A DNA stretch of 63,997 nt, filler included, from Octopus bimaculoides (lineage: Eukaryota), in assembly GCF_001194135.2 (NCBI RefSeq). It is 4 parts of 4 records of this genome, joined end to end, with 100 filler letters (N's around TTAATTAATTAA, not from the genome) between each part and the next. Parts side by side here need not be neighbours in the genome. Positions count along the whole stretch, not along the records: positions 41,457 to 52,314 come from NC_068988.1; positions 52,415 to 63,997 come from NC_068982.1; 2 more parts are not named here. One strand, given 5' to 3'. Positions within the stretch are counted from its first letter, which is position 1. Every line of letters starts with the position of its first letter. The notes below the pieces were generated by a model. The model was given only the letters and a program-made list of their open reading frames with translations, made no database searches and was not told the origin of the DNA. The translations under genes and the position numbers were made by a program. Positions 51,183 to 63,997 of the stretch are shown here, piece by piece.

Positions 51183-51219
51183 TGTTTCCGAAGAAGGGCT
51201 TTGCTCGAAACGTAAAACA
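51183..51219 (+). ncRNA. Minimal Penelope-type hammerhead motif (candidate)
   Basis: TGTTT-CCGAAGA-A-GGGC-TTT-GCTC-GAAA-CG-TA-AAACA; stem I TGTTT:AAACA, palindromic ACGT stem III; core has U4->C. Confidence 0.45.
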
Positions 51220-52314
51220 ACCACTTTTTCTTTCCTTCTCTGAGCGTCTCATTAATACTTTGCATGTAGCACGTCCATGCGTTGTTGTTTATTTTCTTGT
51301 TGTCTTTTTGCTACGGTTTTTAAAAATTATATATATGTAGTATATATAAATCACAGTATGTGCGTGTATATTGACTAATTCATACAGTTCCACAATTCTC
51401 AACCGATTTTCACCAAACTTTACACACACGCAAATGGACAAACCGGGGAAAAACGGATGTTTACAAGGGTTTTTCTCTAATTCGTTGTATGTACATAGTT
51501 TTTTTGTATGTAGGGTCTTCCATACTTTTTTAAATCTGTATCGTCTTATATTGGCATTACAGAATATTTTTTTAACCGTTTTCACATTGTTTTGATTTAT
51601 TATTTCTTTATATGTTTTAATTGTATATTATTACTTTCTATATATTTTTATATGTGTGTATTGTTTGAGTGTTTCGGTTAGAAAATATTATAAAAGTGAA
51701 AGGATTTTGTCCATTTATTTATTTCGACTGTGCACCCACGACGGTGACTAAATTGGCTAGGAACACTGTACGCGATGATTATCCAATACCAAACAATTTT
51801 AATCTCCTTATTTAAACTGCATCAAACTTTGGCAATCTTACCTTTACTTATTCTGGGTTTCTTGAAAGGTGGTGTTCCCTTCCCTGTCTTCTATTTGTTG
51901 ATACCTTCGTTTACCTACCAATGCATTGTTTCACTTTAAGGATGCCTATTTACCCATCCATTATGATATTTCGACTGTTGTCCATTGTTTCAAATACGTT
52001 TTAGCATTGTCGTTCTAGCCATTTTTAAACAATCACAAGAAATTTCGCTTTCATGTAAAACAACTATATTTTGTAGTCATTATCCGTAATCTACTCCCTA
52101 AACACTTCAGCAGGTCTACTTTCCATCGCTTGCCAACTTATATGTTCTATGATCATTAAAGTGCAATGTCCTCCACAATAACCAGCCTTCAATTTGGTTT
52201 TCCGTTCCTAAGTTAATCGGGAACATAGATTGCCATGCTACTCATAAATCTCGGTAGTTCAATTATTTGGTGAAAAAAATACTTAAACCATCCAAAGGAC
52301 GGGTGCGTTTGCTG

Positions 52315-52414
52315 NNNNNNNNNNNNNNNNNNNNNNNNNNNNNNNNNNNNNNNNNNNNTTAATTAATTAANNNNNNNNNNNNNNNNNNNNNNNNNNNNNN
52401 NNNNNNNNNNNNNN
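52315..52414. other. Artificial scaffold linker
   Basis: N44-TTAATTAATTAA-N44. Confidence 0.95.
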
Positions 52415-52990
52415 TTTCACCTTTGGTTCTGTTGTTAATGGATATAGTCTTGCACTGGTTAATATTTTTTTCAATGATTTAGGTTGCATTTTGCTTTTGA
52501 TAATTTTGTGTGAGCCTAAAACTTTGTTCATTGTTTTATCTCTTGTGAGGATGGGTAGATTTTGGATGATAATGTTAAAGGCTTTGTTGTTTCTAGGGTT
52601 ATGTGTGGAGCTGTATGGGAGTATTCTTTAAGTCTGGTTTAGTATTTCGGTTGACTTCCCTTAATGTTCGTATATCTATTTCCTGAGCTCGTTTAATAGT
52701 ATTGATCTGAGTTCAAGGAGTCTTCGTTCACGAGTATAGGGGTCCGAAACTATAGTACAGATTCTTTTCGCTAGATTATAAGGTATACTAATTTTTATGT
52801 GTTTGGGGTGGTATGAATTGAATAATAGGCATTGTTTAGAATCTGTGGGTTTATAGAAGATGTTTGTTTCGATGTGGTTATTGACTATTTTAATTAGGAT
52901 GTTAAGAAAAGGGAGTTGTTTACTGGTGTGTTTCATGGTAAATTTTATGTTGCTATTAATATTGTTAAGCATTATTTTGAAATTGAGGAG
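52415..52990 (-). mobile_element. Penelope-like retroelement fragment (RT thumb and linker)
   Basis: LNNINSNIKFT..LPFLNILI..FYKPTD..NSYHPKHIKISIPYNLAKRICTI, then STHNPRN..IIKSKMQPKSLKKILT. Confidence 0.85.
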
Positions 52991-53013
52991 TTATATTATA
53001 TATACATATATAC

Positions 53014-53071
<58 letters not shown>

Positions 53072-53384
53072 CATCATGACATCTGAGGAAGTGAATGAAC
53101 TATAGAACCATAACATATTTTCATATATTATGACATGATTACATAACATTACATGCATTGTGTAACAATGTATGAAATATGGAATAAAAATGTTGCCTGT
53201 TTACAGAAACAATTGTAACATAAAATTGACTTCTCCTTTCCTCATTTAAATAATTACTTTTATTATTCTCTCTGCAGAGCTTATTCTAAGCTTACTGGAT
53301 CTTACTTTGGAGTTGTATAGTGCTCCCACTCATGTCAATGCTAGTCAGGATCCAGCATGATGTGCTAATGAGGTGATAGCCAGG

Positions 53385-53422
<38 letters not shown>

Positions 53423-54639
53423 CCAGGGATCCAAGTGTAGAAACTTTGTAAGCATACCATAATATGTAGGGTAATCTGATTCCACTCCACTTAATATCCA
53501 GAGTAGGTGACCCAATTTTTTCTTTGTACTGTTAGAAAAGCACTTCCCTAAAATCTTCAAACCTCAATCTATTAAATTATTCTACTCCACCACATCTAAC
53601 ATAGCTAGGATTATTCACCACCTTAACAACAGAAAATTAGGAAAACCCAGATGTGAGTAGGAAAACCCAGATGTGAGCAGCAAAAACAAATAGGACACTA
53701 ACTAACCCCTAACCCTCACTTAGTAACTCCATAACTTCTTCTAAACCTCTTACTGGATTGGACATCTACCCCATTAGTGTTAAACCAAGTACACTGCTCA
53801 CTAATTACAACCAGTCTATGGATCAGGCTACGCTGATTACCGAAGCAGAAAATAATGGAGATGATGTCACCAGACATGACAGCCACTATAAATTACATCT
53901 TCTGGATAGTTCCCTCATACCATCACTGCACCTCATAAAACAAGAACATGTGACCCCTATAATATTTGGTTAATATCAGGTGGAGGGAACCCCTTAACTT
54001 CCCCTATAGCACCCACAATAAAACTATGCTGCTGCAGATGCCCTGCCTTCTATGTTTTAGATAATAAATATTATGTATAAATGCACAGTCTTCACTGACC
54101 AATTGAGATTTGTATATGTTGGCACATGCAGCATGAACAAGAAGACGGATTAAATAATATAATGCTGCAGTGCTGCAGAAGTTAGCCTTGGAAAATAGTA
54201 AATATGATATGAAATAAAGAAAAATTAGGACTAGCACAATTCAAACTAATAAATGTTTTGTTTTTTTTTTCCTTTTTGATGATCATAAGTGAGTCTAAAG
54301 GTGGTACTTTGATTAGGTACAGAGTACATGGAAACTTGATGACTACACTACAGTTAGATTGTATTCTACTAACTAAACCTTTTCCTTCCACATCATCAAT
54401 ACCTATTTATTAACATCAAAAAGATGAAGGACAAAGTCAATTCTTGCAAAATGTGATGTCAGAAAGGTACTTAACTAGACCAAATAAATATTCCTAGTGC
54501 TCCCTTCCTTTTTTCCTTTTTTGCATTAGCCCAAATGTTTGTTTACAGTATGAAAATAAAAACTGGAAAATCAAAAGGTGGATAAAGCTGGATGTAAAGT
54601 TATTTAACTCCAGCCTCATACATTGTTTTCCTCATTTCA

Positions 54640-55830
54640 TACATCTCCATCACAGCGTCCCACAATTTGCTGTAGTTTTGAGTCATCTCTTTCATAAGGT
54701 TCAGCATCATCATTTATTCCTCAGTCTTTGTTTGACACTTCTTCCCCCAACAGAAGCAATCAGAAGTCTGCACCAGCATTGTCATTTGTCTTGCACATGA
54801 GGGTTGATGCTTCTAAAGTCCATTTTTTGCTCATCTCACCCATGCTCTTTCATTCATGCAAATTGACATTACACATCTTGTAAAGCATGCTAAACCCATT
54901 TCTTCCCAACCTTCACAATCCTTTGAACCCAGTGCCTATGTCTCACTACCATGCAATAACAGTTAATTATCTATAATTACCTGAACTTTTTTTCCCCATC
55001 TTTTGGGTGGTTCAGCTAAAACTAGGTCATCAGCATACAGGAGTTCCTATGGACAGCCAGTCTTGAACTCTTCTAGAGAAATATAACAATCAGGAGTAGG
55101 CTGAAAAACTAAGCCCTGATAGACCCCCTACTTGCATGCTAAATTATTAACTGAACTTATTGCTAACTTTCATTTTGCTGACAACTCTATACATAACATA
55201 CATGCAAGGCTCTCACAGTCCATTCATCTATAGTCAGTTTTCATAGCAACCACCATTGTGAAGTGCCCTTCTCCAGATCAATGGATGCCAAGTACACTGA
55301 TTTTCGTTTAACTTAGAAATTCCTCCAGCTATCTCACTAAAAAAGAGAGCATTGGTGATACCTCCACATGTCACTGAAATGAATTCTCAATCTGATCACT
55401 GAGAATTAGTTTAGATGAACCATCAATTTTATGCCTCTTTTACTACTCTCTGCTGAAGCATTTTCTTTGCCCTTGTAGCAGTTGACAACAATGCTGCTAC
55501 CCAGCAAAATAATAATACATCCTTGTACATTCTGGTTTACTATGCTAGTGTCTAGTGTCCTACTTTACCAGACATTTTCAACACCTTGGTAACATTCCCC
55601 AGTGGCCTCACTGCTTTCCCTGACTTCATAACCTCCATGGCCCTTCCAACAATGTAGTAATCATTGATAGCTAATTCTTCTGTAGGGACAATCTGAAGTA
55701 ACTCCTCTCACACATTCTTTATATTCAGTAACAACTTACTGTAGCATTATTATTTTGTTGTTATCTCCTCAGTGAATGCATCACTATCATTACAGATGCA
55801 CTTTTCACTGACTACAAACTGAACTATCTA
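54640..55830 (-). mobile_element. Highly decayed RTE-clade LINE fragment
   Basis: Remnants of LHGSET (54930-54960), a G.YQG.V..P-like RT motif (~55090-55130) and a 3' tail homologous to 27759-27900. Confidence 0.7.
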
Positions 55831-57151
55831 TTTTAAACACTTCACACTTCTGATCTTCATAGCACAGAACAGTGATAAGCCTTTAAGCCTATATACTTAG
55901 TAAAAAAAGAGAACTCAATAACATAATCAGTAAAATATTATGTCATTAATTGTAGTAGCTCAAGTAATCTACCATTCTGTCAATTTTCAATGAGATGGAT
56001 ATGCTTAGCAAAAGGAGTTTGTAAACATTGAGCTGAATGAATTTCAGATTCACATGTCCAGTAATTGTTTGTTTTCTTTTTTGTACTTCTGCAATTGATT
56101 TCATTTTCAGTTTCTGTGTATAGTAAAGTTTTGTAGGAGTTTAAATATAGATACACTTACACTGAGACCTATCTTCAAGTTAACATTTTGAACTGAAGTG
56201 AATGCATAACATTCAACATTAAACACCAGCAACTCCTTGTAAATGAAAATCAATAATTAATAACTGTTTATATATGTATGTATGGTTGCCTTGTATTCAG
56301 AAACTGCAAAACAGATGCTCACAAAACCGTACATATCATTATTTACCATTCCACAGGGAAGTTTGTATAACATTTATTTTAAGAAACAGCAGCCAAATGT
56401 CCCTCAAGTCCGTCAAGAAAGGAGATGCAGAAAGAAAGATGAAATGGAGGAGTGTGAATCTCTCTCTCTCTCTCTCTTCCTTTCTCTCAATGGTACAATA
56501 AAATAGAGGGATACAATAAAATAGAGAATGAAAGGCATACACGATAGAGAGAGGGAGAGAGGAGTGCAACAGCAATGGTGGCAGTCATTTGAAAACTGGA
56601 TCAAAACAGATACCAGCCACATTTGATGTTTTTAACTCATTACTTAAATCATACTGTGTTGGAAAATTCACAGCAATATTAAATAACATACCAACACGCG
56701 TTCATACAATATTGATCTCTAAATTACAATATGCATTTAAAAGGATTCCATTCCATCTACATATATCACTGGTACATGTTTAGTTAAATAAAACAGAACA
56801 ACACATGCAAAGACATTTCATTGTAAATAACTTCTTGAGTGACCTTTTTAAAAACGTCATTAATGATTGTATTATGTCAGGAGTGTTAGAATTTCACCAC
56901 CAAAAACTCTCACCACTATTACACTTCAATTAATCCATTGTTAATTTTCATTATTGCCCAAAAAACTTTTGCCTGGATTTATACCAGATCATGGAAAAAT
57001 ATTTTCCTTATGAGTTCATCAGTGAACTGTTAAAAAAAGAGATTACACAGAAATCCATTTAAATGTAATATCAGTAATACACTGAAGTAATTTAATATAT
57101 TAGTTTTCATTTACCTACAAATGTGTAACAATCTATGTGCGTATGTATATA

Positions 57152-57362
57152 TGAGGGGGTGCTGAAAAGTTCCTGAAAAGTTTGGGTAAAAGAAAACACA
57201 GGAGAGTCAGAAAATTATGATTTTATTCCTCTCTCAGATTCACACATTTATAGCAGTGGACCTTCAGTTTTTTTAAGCCCTGCAAAAGAACTCAAATGGT
57301 TGGACCTCCGACCAGGCCTTTTGTGATACCCTTAAAACCAGGAACTTTTCAACAACCCCTTG
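57152..57362. mobile_element. Mariner-derived MITE (211 bp)
   Basis: TIRs TGAGGGGGTGCTGAAAAGTTCCTG / CCAGGAACTTTTCAACAACCCCTTG flanked by TA. Confidence 0.8.
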
Positions 57363-57874
57363 TATGCACATGACTAAAACTTCTGTGTAAGTGGGTACTG
57401 TTAATTCAATACAATGTTATACATAAGTATGTATAACAATAGCTATCTTTCAGGATATGTTGTGTTAATACCTGGGCACTGCCAAGTGCCTCAGTTAGTC
57501 TTCTAAATAAATTAATAAAAACTTATTTAAAAGTATATCAGCATTTCCTTGAGGTTTCTTAAAAACTTCACAGGTATAGTCAATAGCATAAAAATACATA
57601 ATTCAAATACTAAACTATGTGATAAGCAATCATAAATAATCCTCATAAAGAAATTAGTCAAAGAAATATCCAGAGATGATACTTCAATCTCTGAACTTTT
57701 CCAGAAACCCTGCTACCTGTTCTCAACATCTAGGGGAAATGAAAAATGTAGAATAGTGTCCTACTCAGACAAGGAAATGATGCAGTGGATTTAAACTCAT
57801 GACCGAACATTAATGCCTACAACAAAAAAAAAAAGACAATTTAAGTGGAAGATAAGGAAAGAGAGAAAACATAC

Positions 57875-57918
57875 CAGGCATGCAATTTTGTCACCATCTA
57901 ATAAATGGAATTTGTTAT
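57875..57918 (-). CDS. PGM3: PGM3 internal exon (44 nt): (N)NKFHLLDGDKIACL
   Basis: Acceptor TTTGCTTTCTTCTTTTCAG|, donor CTG|GTATGT. Phase 1 start matches the 61436 exon. Aligns to human PGM3 GHFHLIDGDKIATL as recalled. Confidence 0.88.
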
Positions 57919-59108
57919 CTGAAAAGAAGAAAGCAAAAATAAAATTATTTTCTTAGATGTTTTGACTAGCAAAATCAATAAACAATTTCATAAGACATTT
58001 TGTAATAGCAAGGTGTAGTTCATGTATCCTGTAGTAAAATTAGTGGTATATAACCCACAACGAAAGCAATAATATACATTCAACATTAAAAACCATTTCT
58101 TACCGATAATAACATGGAAATAAAATTTGACTTGAAACAGTTTTTAAATTACTTGTTCCTGAAAGCAATAAAAGTATTGCAAAACTGAAATAATGAAGTG
58201 ATGCAAATCCCTCCAATTTGTTTTTTAAGAAAACAAATATAATTATTATGGTTTTTTTTTGTTTGTTTTTTTTGAAGTTGGTAAATACTGGAAACATAAG
58301 TAAAGAGTGTTTTAGATACCTTACAATCTACTCTTGCAAAGAGATATTTGTGAAACATTTGACAACATTAGCTTACTTGCAACTGACTTGCAAATAAATC
58401 TACATATAAAGAAAACTTTATCTAAACATATCAAACTGACTTACTCATTGAAAATTCAAGAAACAAAATCAGGAACACAATTATCTTATGAATTTAAATC
58501 CTACTAAAGTAATGTGCTAAATTTTTATTTTTACTTGACATAATTAGCCTAGATCCTGCTGATTTCAGCCAGAATACAATGGTTAACATCTCAACTGGCA
58601 GATAGAGAGAAATTCTTTTAAAATAATTCATACAATTGATCTGTATTTTCAAAACAATCCAATTCATGGCATAAAACAGTAATTAAAAACAAGTTCTTAT
58701 TTATTTCTATTGTCAGAGTCACAACTAACTGGTTCAATACCGTTGCACTGCTGTATGTACATACATACAGCTATTGTCTGCTCACAATACTTCTGTTATT
58801 TCCAGTTAATTTCACACAGTGATGAAATATGACAAGTGGTTCATATTTCACCACTTGTCCTGAATTGTTTCCATAGCCTGTTCAACTTAAGTGTAAATAG
58901 TGTCATGCACAGATATATCTCACTGCTAGGGGCAGTAGGATCGGTGCAAAACTGATTTTTGTTCATTAGATAGCAGTGCCAAGTTTAAATTGTCTTATGT
59001 ACCCAGAGAAGACAATGGAAAACCAATGCTGTGTAATCTTCATAGAACAACACAAAGGAAAAGTTTTCTACTAAATTTTACTGAACCCCAACAAATATGG
59101 TTTGGCCT

Positions 59109-59215
<107 letters not shown>

Positions 59216-60469
59216 CTACTCATACAATGAATAATGGATATCTCAGCTGTAAAGAAACAGGATTACAGACCAAAGTGTTCGTATTCTGTATTGTCTAGCA
59301 ATACAAAATTAGACAAAATTGTATTGTCTAATTTTGTATAGGCAATGCAAAATTGTCTATACAATTTTGTGCTGAGAATTAGGAATGACAATTCTTAAAA
59401 GCCCTATTCAAGGGCAAAGAGGTAATATAAATTTTGATAAATATTTGTTTGTTGTCAGTGTTAAGTTCAAATCCTTCCATAAGCAAAATTTAGTTAATTA
59501 ATAACTTATTAAAGACTAAAATCTTACTCATGAAAAGTAATAAAAGTACTTAGAAACTAAAAACATTTTTTCTTAATGATAATAGGTACAAATACAAAAA
59601 TGAATTATTTTTGTTTTTATTTTAGAGCAGTTTAATTAGACTGCTTCAAATTTTCATAGGAATAAGAACACATAATGTAGTGGAGTTAATTCAATTGACT
59701 GTAAATACGTATCTTGTGTTGCTGTATGAGAACACTATTATTTCATATTTGTTGTTCCATACAAACATACATTTGCATTAATAGCATTGATCATGCTTTA
59801 TTATTATTCAATTATGAAGTGAGTAGTCTTCACCTTTATTGCTGCAACAAGTTAATTCCTGTCATCTGAGTTAGTAATCAAACATCTGGATTATCCAGCT
59901 ACTACAACTGTATATTTTTAATTGCATCATCATTAGCTTTGCTTAAAGGCTGCAGTTAAAATAGGAAAAATTAACCTTATTGCTATATATTATCATCATT
60001 ACCAACCTCATTAGTCTCCATGTTTTTCTATACTATCTTGAGTGAATGAATATGCAAAACAGTTTCTACGTGAATCAACTAAGAATGCCCACAACATGAT
60101 CAAGCCTTGTGTTGGATCTTTCGACATTTAATTGTTGTCTGAATTATTTTTACAAGACATACCCTGTTTAATACCAACTGCAGAGGAAAAGTTCCTCTCA
60201 CAGACCAAAAGTTCATTTCACCCTTCTTAATATTGGCTTGGAAAATTTTAATGCATCTTTTCTCACTAATCCAGTAAATCATTAAGAAGTGCAAAAAATA
60301 CATTAAACAGATTAACTGGCTTTCAAGTCATGCATTCAACCAAACCTGCTAAAATGAAGAGCAGCATCTAATATACCGTAAACACCCATGTAATTTATGC
60401 ACATTTTTTTTGCAAAAATAAAAATAAACTTTATATACACACACATATATATACAAATGTACATTAATG

Positions 60470-60532
<63 letters not shown>

Positions 60533-61435
60533 CATACATACATACATACATACATACATACATACATACAGCTATCGTCTGCTCACAATTTGTGAAATAA
60601 TACTTCGGTTATTTCTAGTTAATTTCACAGTTATACAGAGACACACAAACACGTAGTCTCATACAGTTACACATATGCACATACATATGCACACACACAC
60701 ACACACACACCAGCATATTTTTCATTACTTATTTTTATTTGAACGCTAACATTGAGGGAAGTGGAGGGTATGCTAATTGAGTGTATACCAAGTGATCAAA
60801 ACAGATTTTATTTATATAGAAGACAACACAAACACTTTGCAATTTAATAGCTTTTAATATGAAACCTGTTAAACAGAAATTATTTTTATTTAATGAAAAT
60901 TTAATAAAATCTAATCTAAGTAAGTGAAATTATGCTAAATACAGCTAAATTGAAAACCTTTTTCCCCTGGCCTATTGGCAATCCTGAAAGCTTTGGGTGC
61001 AAATTTTACATGAGAATAAACTTTTTTGAACAATTTTTTGTTATCTTGAAAATCACTTGCGTAAATTACACAGGTGTGCAAATTACACAGGTTTTTACAG
61101 TATATTGATATGCATGGATCCCACTATGCTGTACAACACTGTGGATAAATCTCTTCTGCCATCATTGACCAATACCTTGTGAGTGAGTGAAATGTGTATA
61201 CAGAGACTGTGCAGAAGTCTATCATATATATTTTTATATCAATATATCAGAACTTTTAATTACTTATATTTAAGCCAATACCCAATATGCAGTCTGTGTC
61301 TTACAAAATCAATAAAATAAATACCAGACAAACTACTAGGATCAATATAATCACCTAAAAACCCTTGAAATTGGAGCCCCAGCATGGCTGCAGTCCATTT
61401 ACTGAAACCAGTGAAAGAATAAAAGAATATCTTAC

Positions 61436-61516
61436 TTTTATCAATAAAGTAATAAACAATTCGATCAGCATCTCCATCAAATGATGCATAGCGGCATTCA
61501 GGTTCAATTGATACAT
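61436..61516 (-). CDS. PGM3: PGM3 internal exon (81 nt): VSIEPECRYASFDGDADRIVYYFIDK, metal-binding loop
   Basis: Acceptor TTTTCTATTTCTTCTTTAG|, donor AAAA|GTAAGA. SFDGDADRIVYY is the phosphoacetylglucosamine-mutase metal loop. CpGs are retained in Arg codons inside a CpG-poor region. Confidence 0.9.
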
Positions 61517-62849
61517 CTAAAGAAGAAATAGAAAATAATTTTCAGAGAATGCATCAAAACAAAGCTGTTTGTTTCTTCCACAGCAATTACAATTCGATAA
61601 CTATATACTCTGACATTTCAGTGTACCCATTTCTCTTGTTTGTGATCAGCCAGATCCTGGACTAACACTTTACTCAATGTTTTTTTTTTTCTCCAAAACT
61701 ACAACCCTTTGGAACTTTATTTCTGTAACATTACCAAATCTGAATCCAAAAGACTAAGCTTCTTTTTCAAGGCCAGAAGGTACTTCTGGCCCTGACTATA
61801 TGAATCTCAAAATAAGACCCTCCTTTACTGTACTACTCACATATATACGATAGTTCTGCTTTTACATATACAAACATTTTAGAGCACATTCAAAACATGG
61901 TATTTAGCAGATTGAAAAAAAATTCACTTATTAACATTCAACAAGTACTGGCTCACATATATGCTATTTTTTCTCTATACTCCTACTTTTACTGTATTGG
62001 CATCAGCTTGTCTAAAGTAGTTAGCTGCATACCCCTCAAATACATTCATCACTCGTTGTTCTTACTGCCTCGCCTCATCCACAACCAATCACATTTTAAA
62101 CACTTTGCTTAATCATTTGTCCTAGTGATGCAGTACTCTGGAATTGATGCTTCCTTAAACATTAAACACATCAGTCTCCCTAATCTGAACTCTCCATCCT
62201 CATTTTGATTATTGAAGAAAAAAAATATATAAGGAATACACTGAAAGAAGTTGACATAAGATCAATTTGGAACATTGTAATAGTATATTTAACAAGATGT
62301 AATATTATCATGTTAACACAATGATTCAACAGTATACTATATTGTACAAGAAAAATCTGAGCTGTGAATATGGAACAGTTTGCACCCTTGGCCAGAAAGC
62401 TCTTGACAGAAAACTAAAAGGCTTACTTGGTCTTTTGAGTTTTGATTAGGCTGGCAAATGCAGCCTTACAGTGATTTGGTTACTTACAACTGATGAGTAT
62501 AAGTTACCAAAGAAGCTGCTCAGCTTCTAGGTAGTTGGTATTAGTCTTTCATACAATTAAAAGAAATACTTGGTAGACAATATTAACAATGAATTAAAAC
62601 ATCTCAGTACTCAACTGGGAGAGAAGCCTTAATTCCAATGACATCCAACTTTTGTACAAAGAAGATTACAGACAGAGAATATATCAACCATAGCAAAATT
62701 TGGATGATGAAATATTCTCTTCCATCTTCCTAAACTTTCTATAATTTTATCATTATTTTTGCTGTACATTTCACTTCTCAGAGCTCTTGATTTCATTTGC
62801 TCTGGCTAATTCTGTAAGAGCAGACAACAACTTGTTGTCTGCACTTACA

Positions 62850-63590
62850 GGGTCTTCTTCTACAATACTTAACATCCAGGTACCAGTCTCAAACTCCTCG
62901 CCCTAAAGCAGTTTCCTGAGCAAATTCTATTCATGTTCTACTTTTCCAGTTCTTTATCATCCATTTATACATCCCCAGGTATGGCAATATCTATGATCTT
63001 CGTTTCCTTCATCATTTTATCAACTATACAATGTCTGGTCACTGAATCACACTGGATTGTAAAATCCTACAAGATCTTATACTCATTATTTTTGGTTACA
63101 CATTCTAGCTTATGCTCATATCATCTCAATGTCCTTTCAGTACTTCTCACACAGTCTCCAATGAACCTAGCTATATTATGCCTCCTTTTGTATTCCTTTT
63201 GAGTCAGTTTACTACACTCACAATATGTGAGTTTGTTTCACTTTCAGTGTCACAATTCCTACAAAGGGGTGATTTGATATTCTTATCTATTTGAAACTTG
63301 GTGTAACTAGTTCTTAAAGCTTGTTCTAGAGTGCTGCAAATCAATGCCTCAGTGCATCCCTTCAGATTACTTTTTCTTAGCCACCTCTAGGTATTGGTCT
63401 TGATTTTTTCCCTTCCATGCCTCTGAGGTATTTCCCATGCATCGCTTTCACTTCCCAGTTGTTCAATCTTTGCTCTCCATCTTGTTTCTTAAATTCTTTT
63501 GGGTGCGTCACATTTTCATTCACATTTTTGGGTACTGTGATGCTATTTCTAACAGCAACAACCAAAAGTTCAACCTGCTGTTGAACTTTT
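62850..63590 (-). mobile_element. Second R4/Dong-type LINE 3' fragment
   Basis: WEVKAMHGKYLR, a zinc-knuckle remnant (SHIVSECSKLTQKEYKRRHN-like) and KIIDIAIPGD RLE motif. Confidence 0.75.
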
Positions 63591-63595
63591 TCCTC

Positions 63596-63810
63596 GGTGG
63601 GCAGGCAGAATCATTAGCCCACTGGATGAAATGTTTAATGGTATTTCAGCCATTGCTACGTTCTGAGTTCAGATTCTGCCAAGGTTGACTTTGCTTTTCA
63701 TCCTTTTGGAATGATAAATTAAGTACCAGTGAAACACTGGGAGTTGATGTAATCGACTAATCCCCTTCGCACAAAATTTCAGGCCTTGTGCCTACAGTAG
63801 AAAGATTATT
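63596..63810 (+). mobile_element. Diverged family-A SINE
   Basis: GGCAGAATCATTAGC..GTTCTGAGTTCAGATTC..GACTTTGCTTTTCATCC..GATAAATTAAGTACCAG..GATGTAATCGACT. Confidence 0.85.
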
Positions 63811-63845
63811 ATTTTGCACTGATTCAATATGGCTAAGCATATATG

Positions 63846-63884
<39 letters not shown>

Positions 63885-63997
63885 CCTAAAGAATATTTCA
63901 GATTATCGTCTTATTTTACCCCTTAGTCACAATGTATTTTGCTACTTTTTCAAATACATAGAGAATTCTTTACTAAAGATGATATGTAAGTTGCTTT

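Noticed and set aside
53641-53680. 20-bp direct repeat GAAAACCCAGATGTGAG(T/C)AG x2
   Set aside because: Simple slippage duplication with no further structure
57690-57730. VAGFLEKFRD* as the next PGM3 exon
   Set aside because: Poor acceptor, early stop, and no TAYANG motif
59834-59949. Acceptor- and donor-bounded segment on the minus strand
   Set aside because: Stops in all three frames and no PGM3 similarity

Overview
Repeat-dense, AT-rich animal genomic DNA from a draft assembly, with eight N-gaps and three artificial N44-TTAATTAATTAA-N44 linkers. The SINE families and microsatellite load resemble what I recall of octopus (coleoid cephalopod) genomes; this species guess is inference. Two host genes are supported. 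(1) RNF146 (+): a RING-WWE PAR-dependent E3 ligase with its main coding exon at 25082-25785, a phase-matched upstream coding exon at 19554-19659, and a CpG-rich ETS/CRE promoter near 19050. (2) PGM3, phosphoacetylglucosamine mutase (-): two small exons (61436-61516, 57875-57918) that the ORF track misses, carrying the DGDADR and DGDKIA motifs. The rest is decayed mobile DNA: two Ty3/Gypsy LTR elements, RTE and R4/Dong-type LINEs, a Penelope fragment, mariner/Tc1 copies and MITEs, Helitrons, and several tRNA-derived SINE families. Most listed ORFs are microsatellite or N artefacts. I found no CRISPR array or prokaryote-type system. The most unusual observations are a Gypsy provirus whose 3' LTR is followed by a tRNA-Trp primer-site copy plus a duplicated 19-nt LTR end (the TSD flanks this outer end), Penelope-type minimal hammerhead-ribozyme motifs, a Gypsy with non-matching LTRs, and sharp CpG-rich versus CpG-poor domains. 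All calls are by eye, and boundaries without TSD or TIR evidence are approximate.
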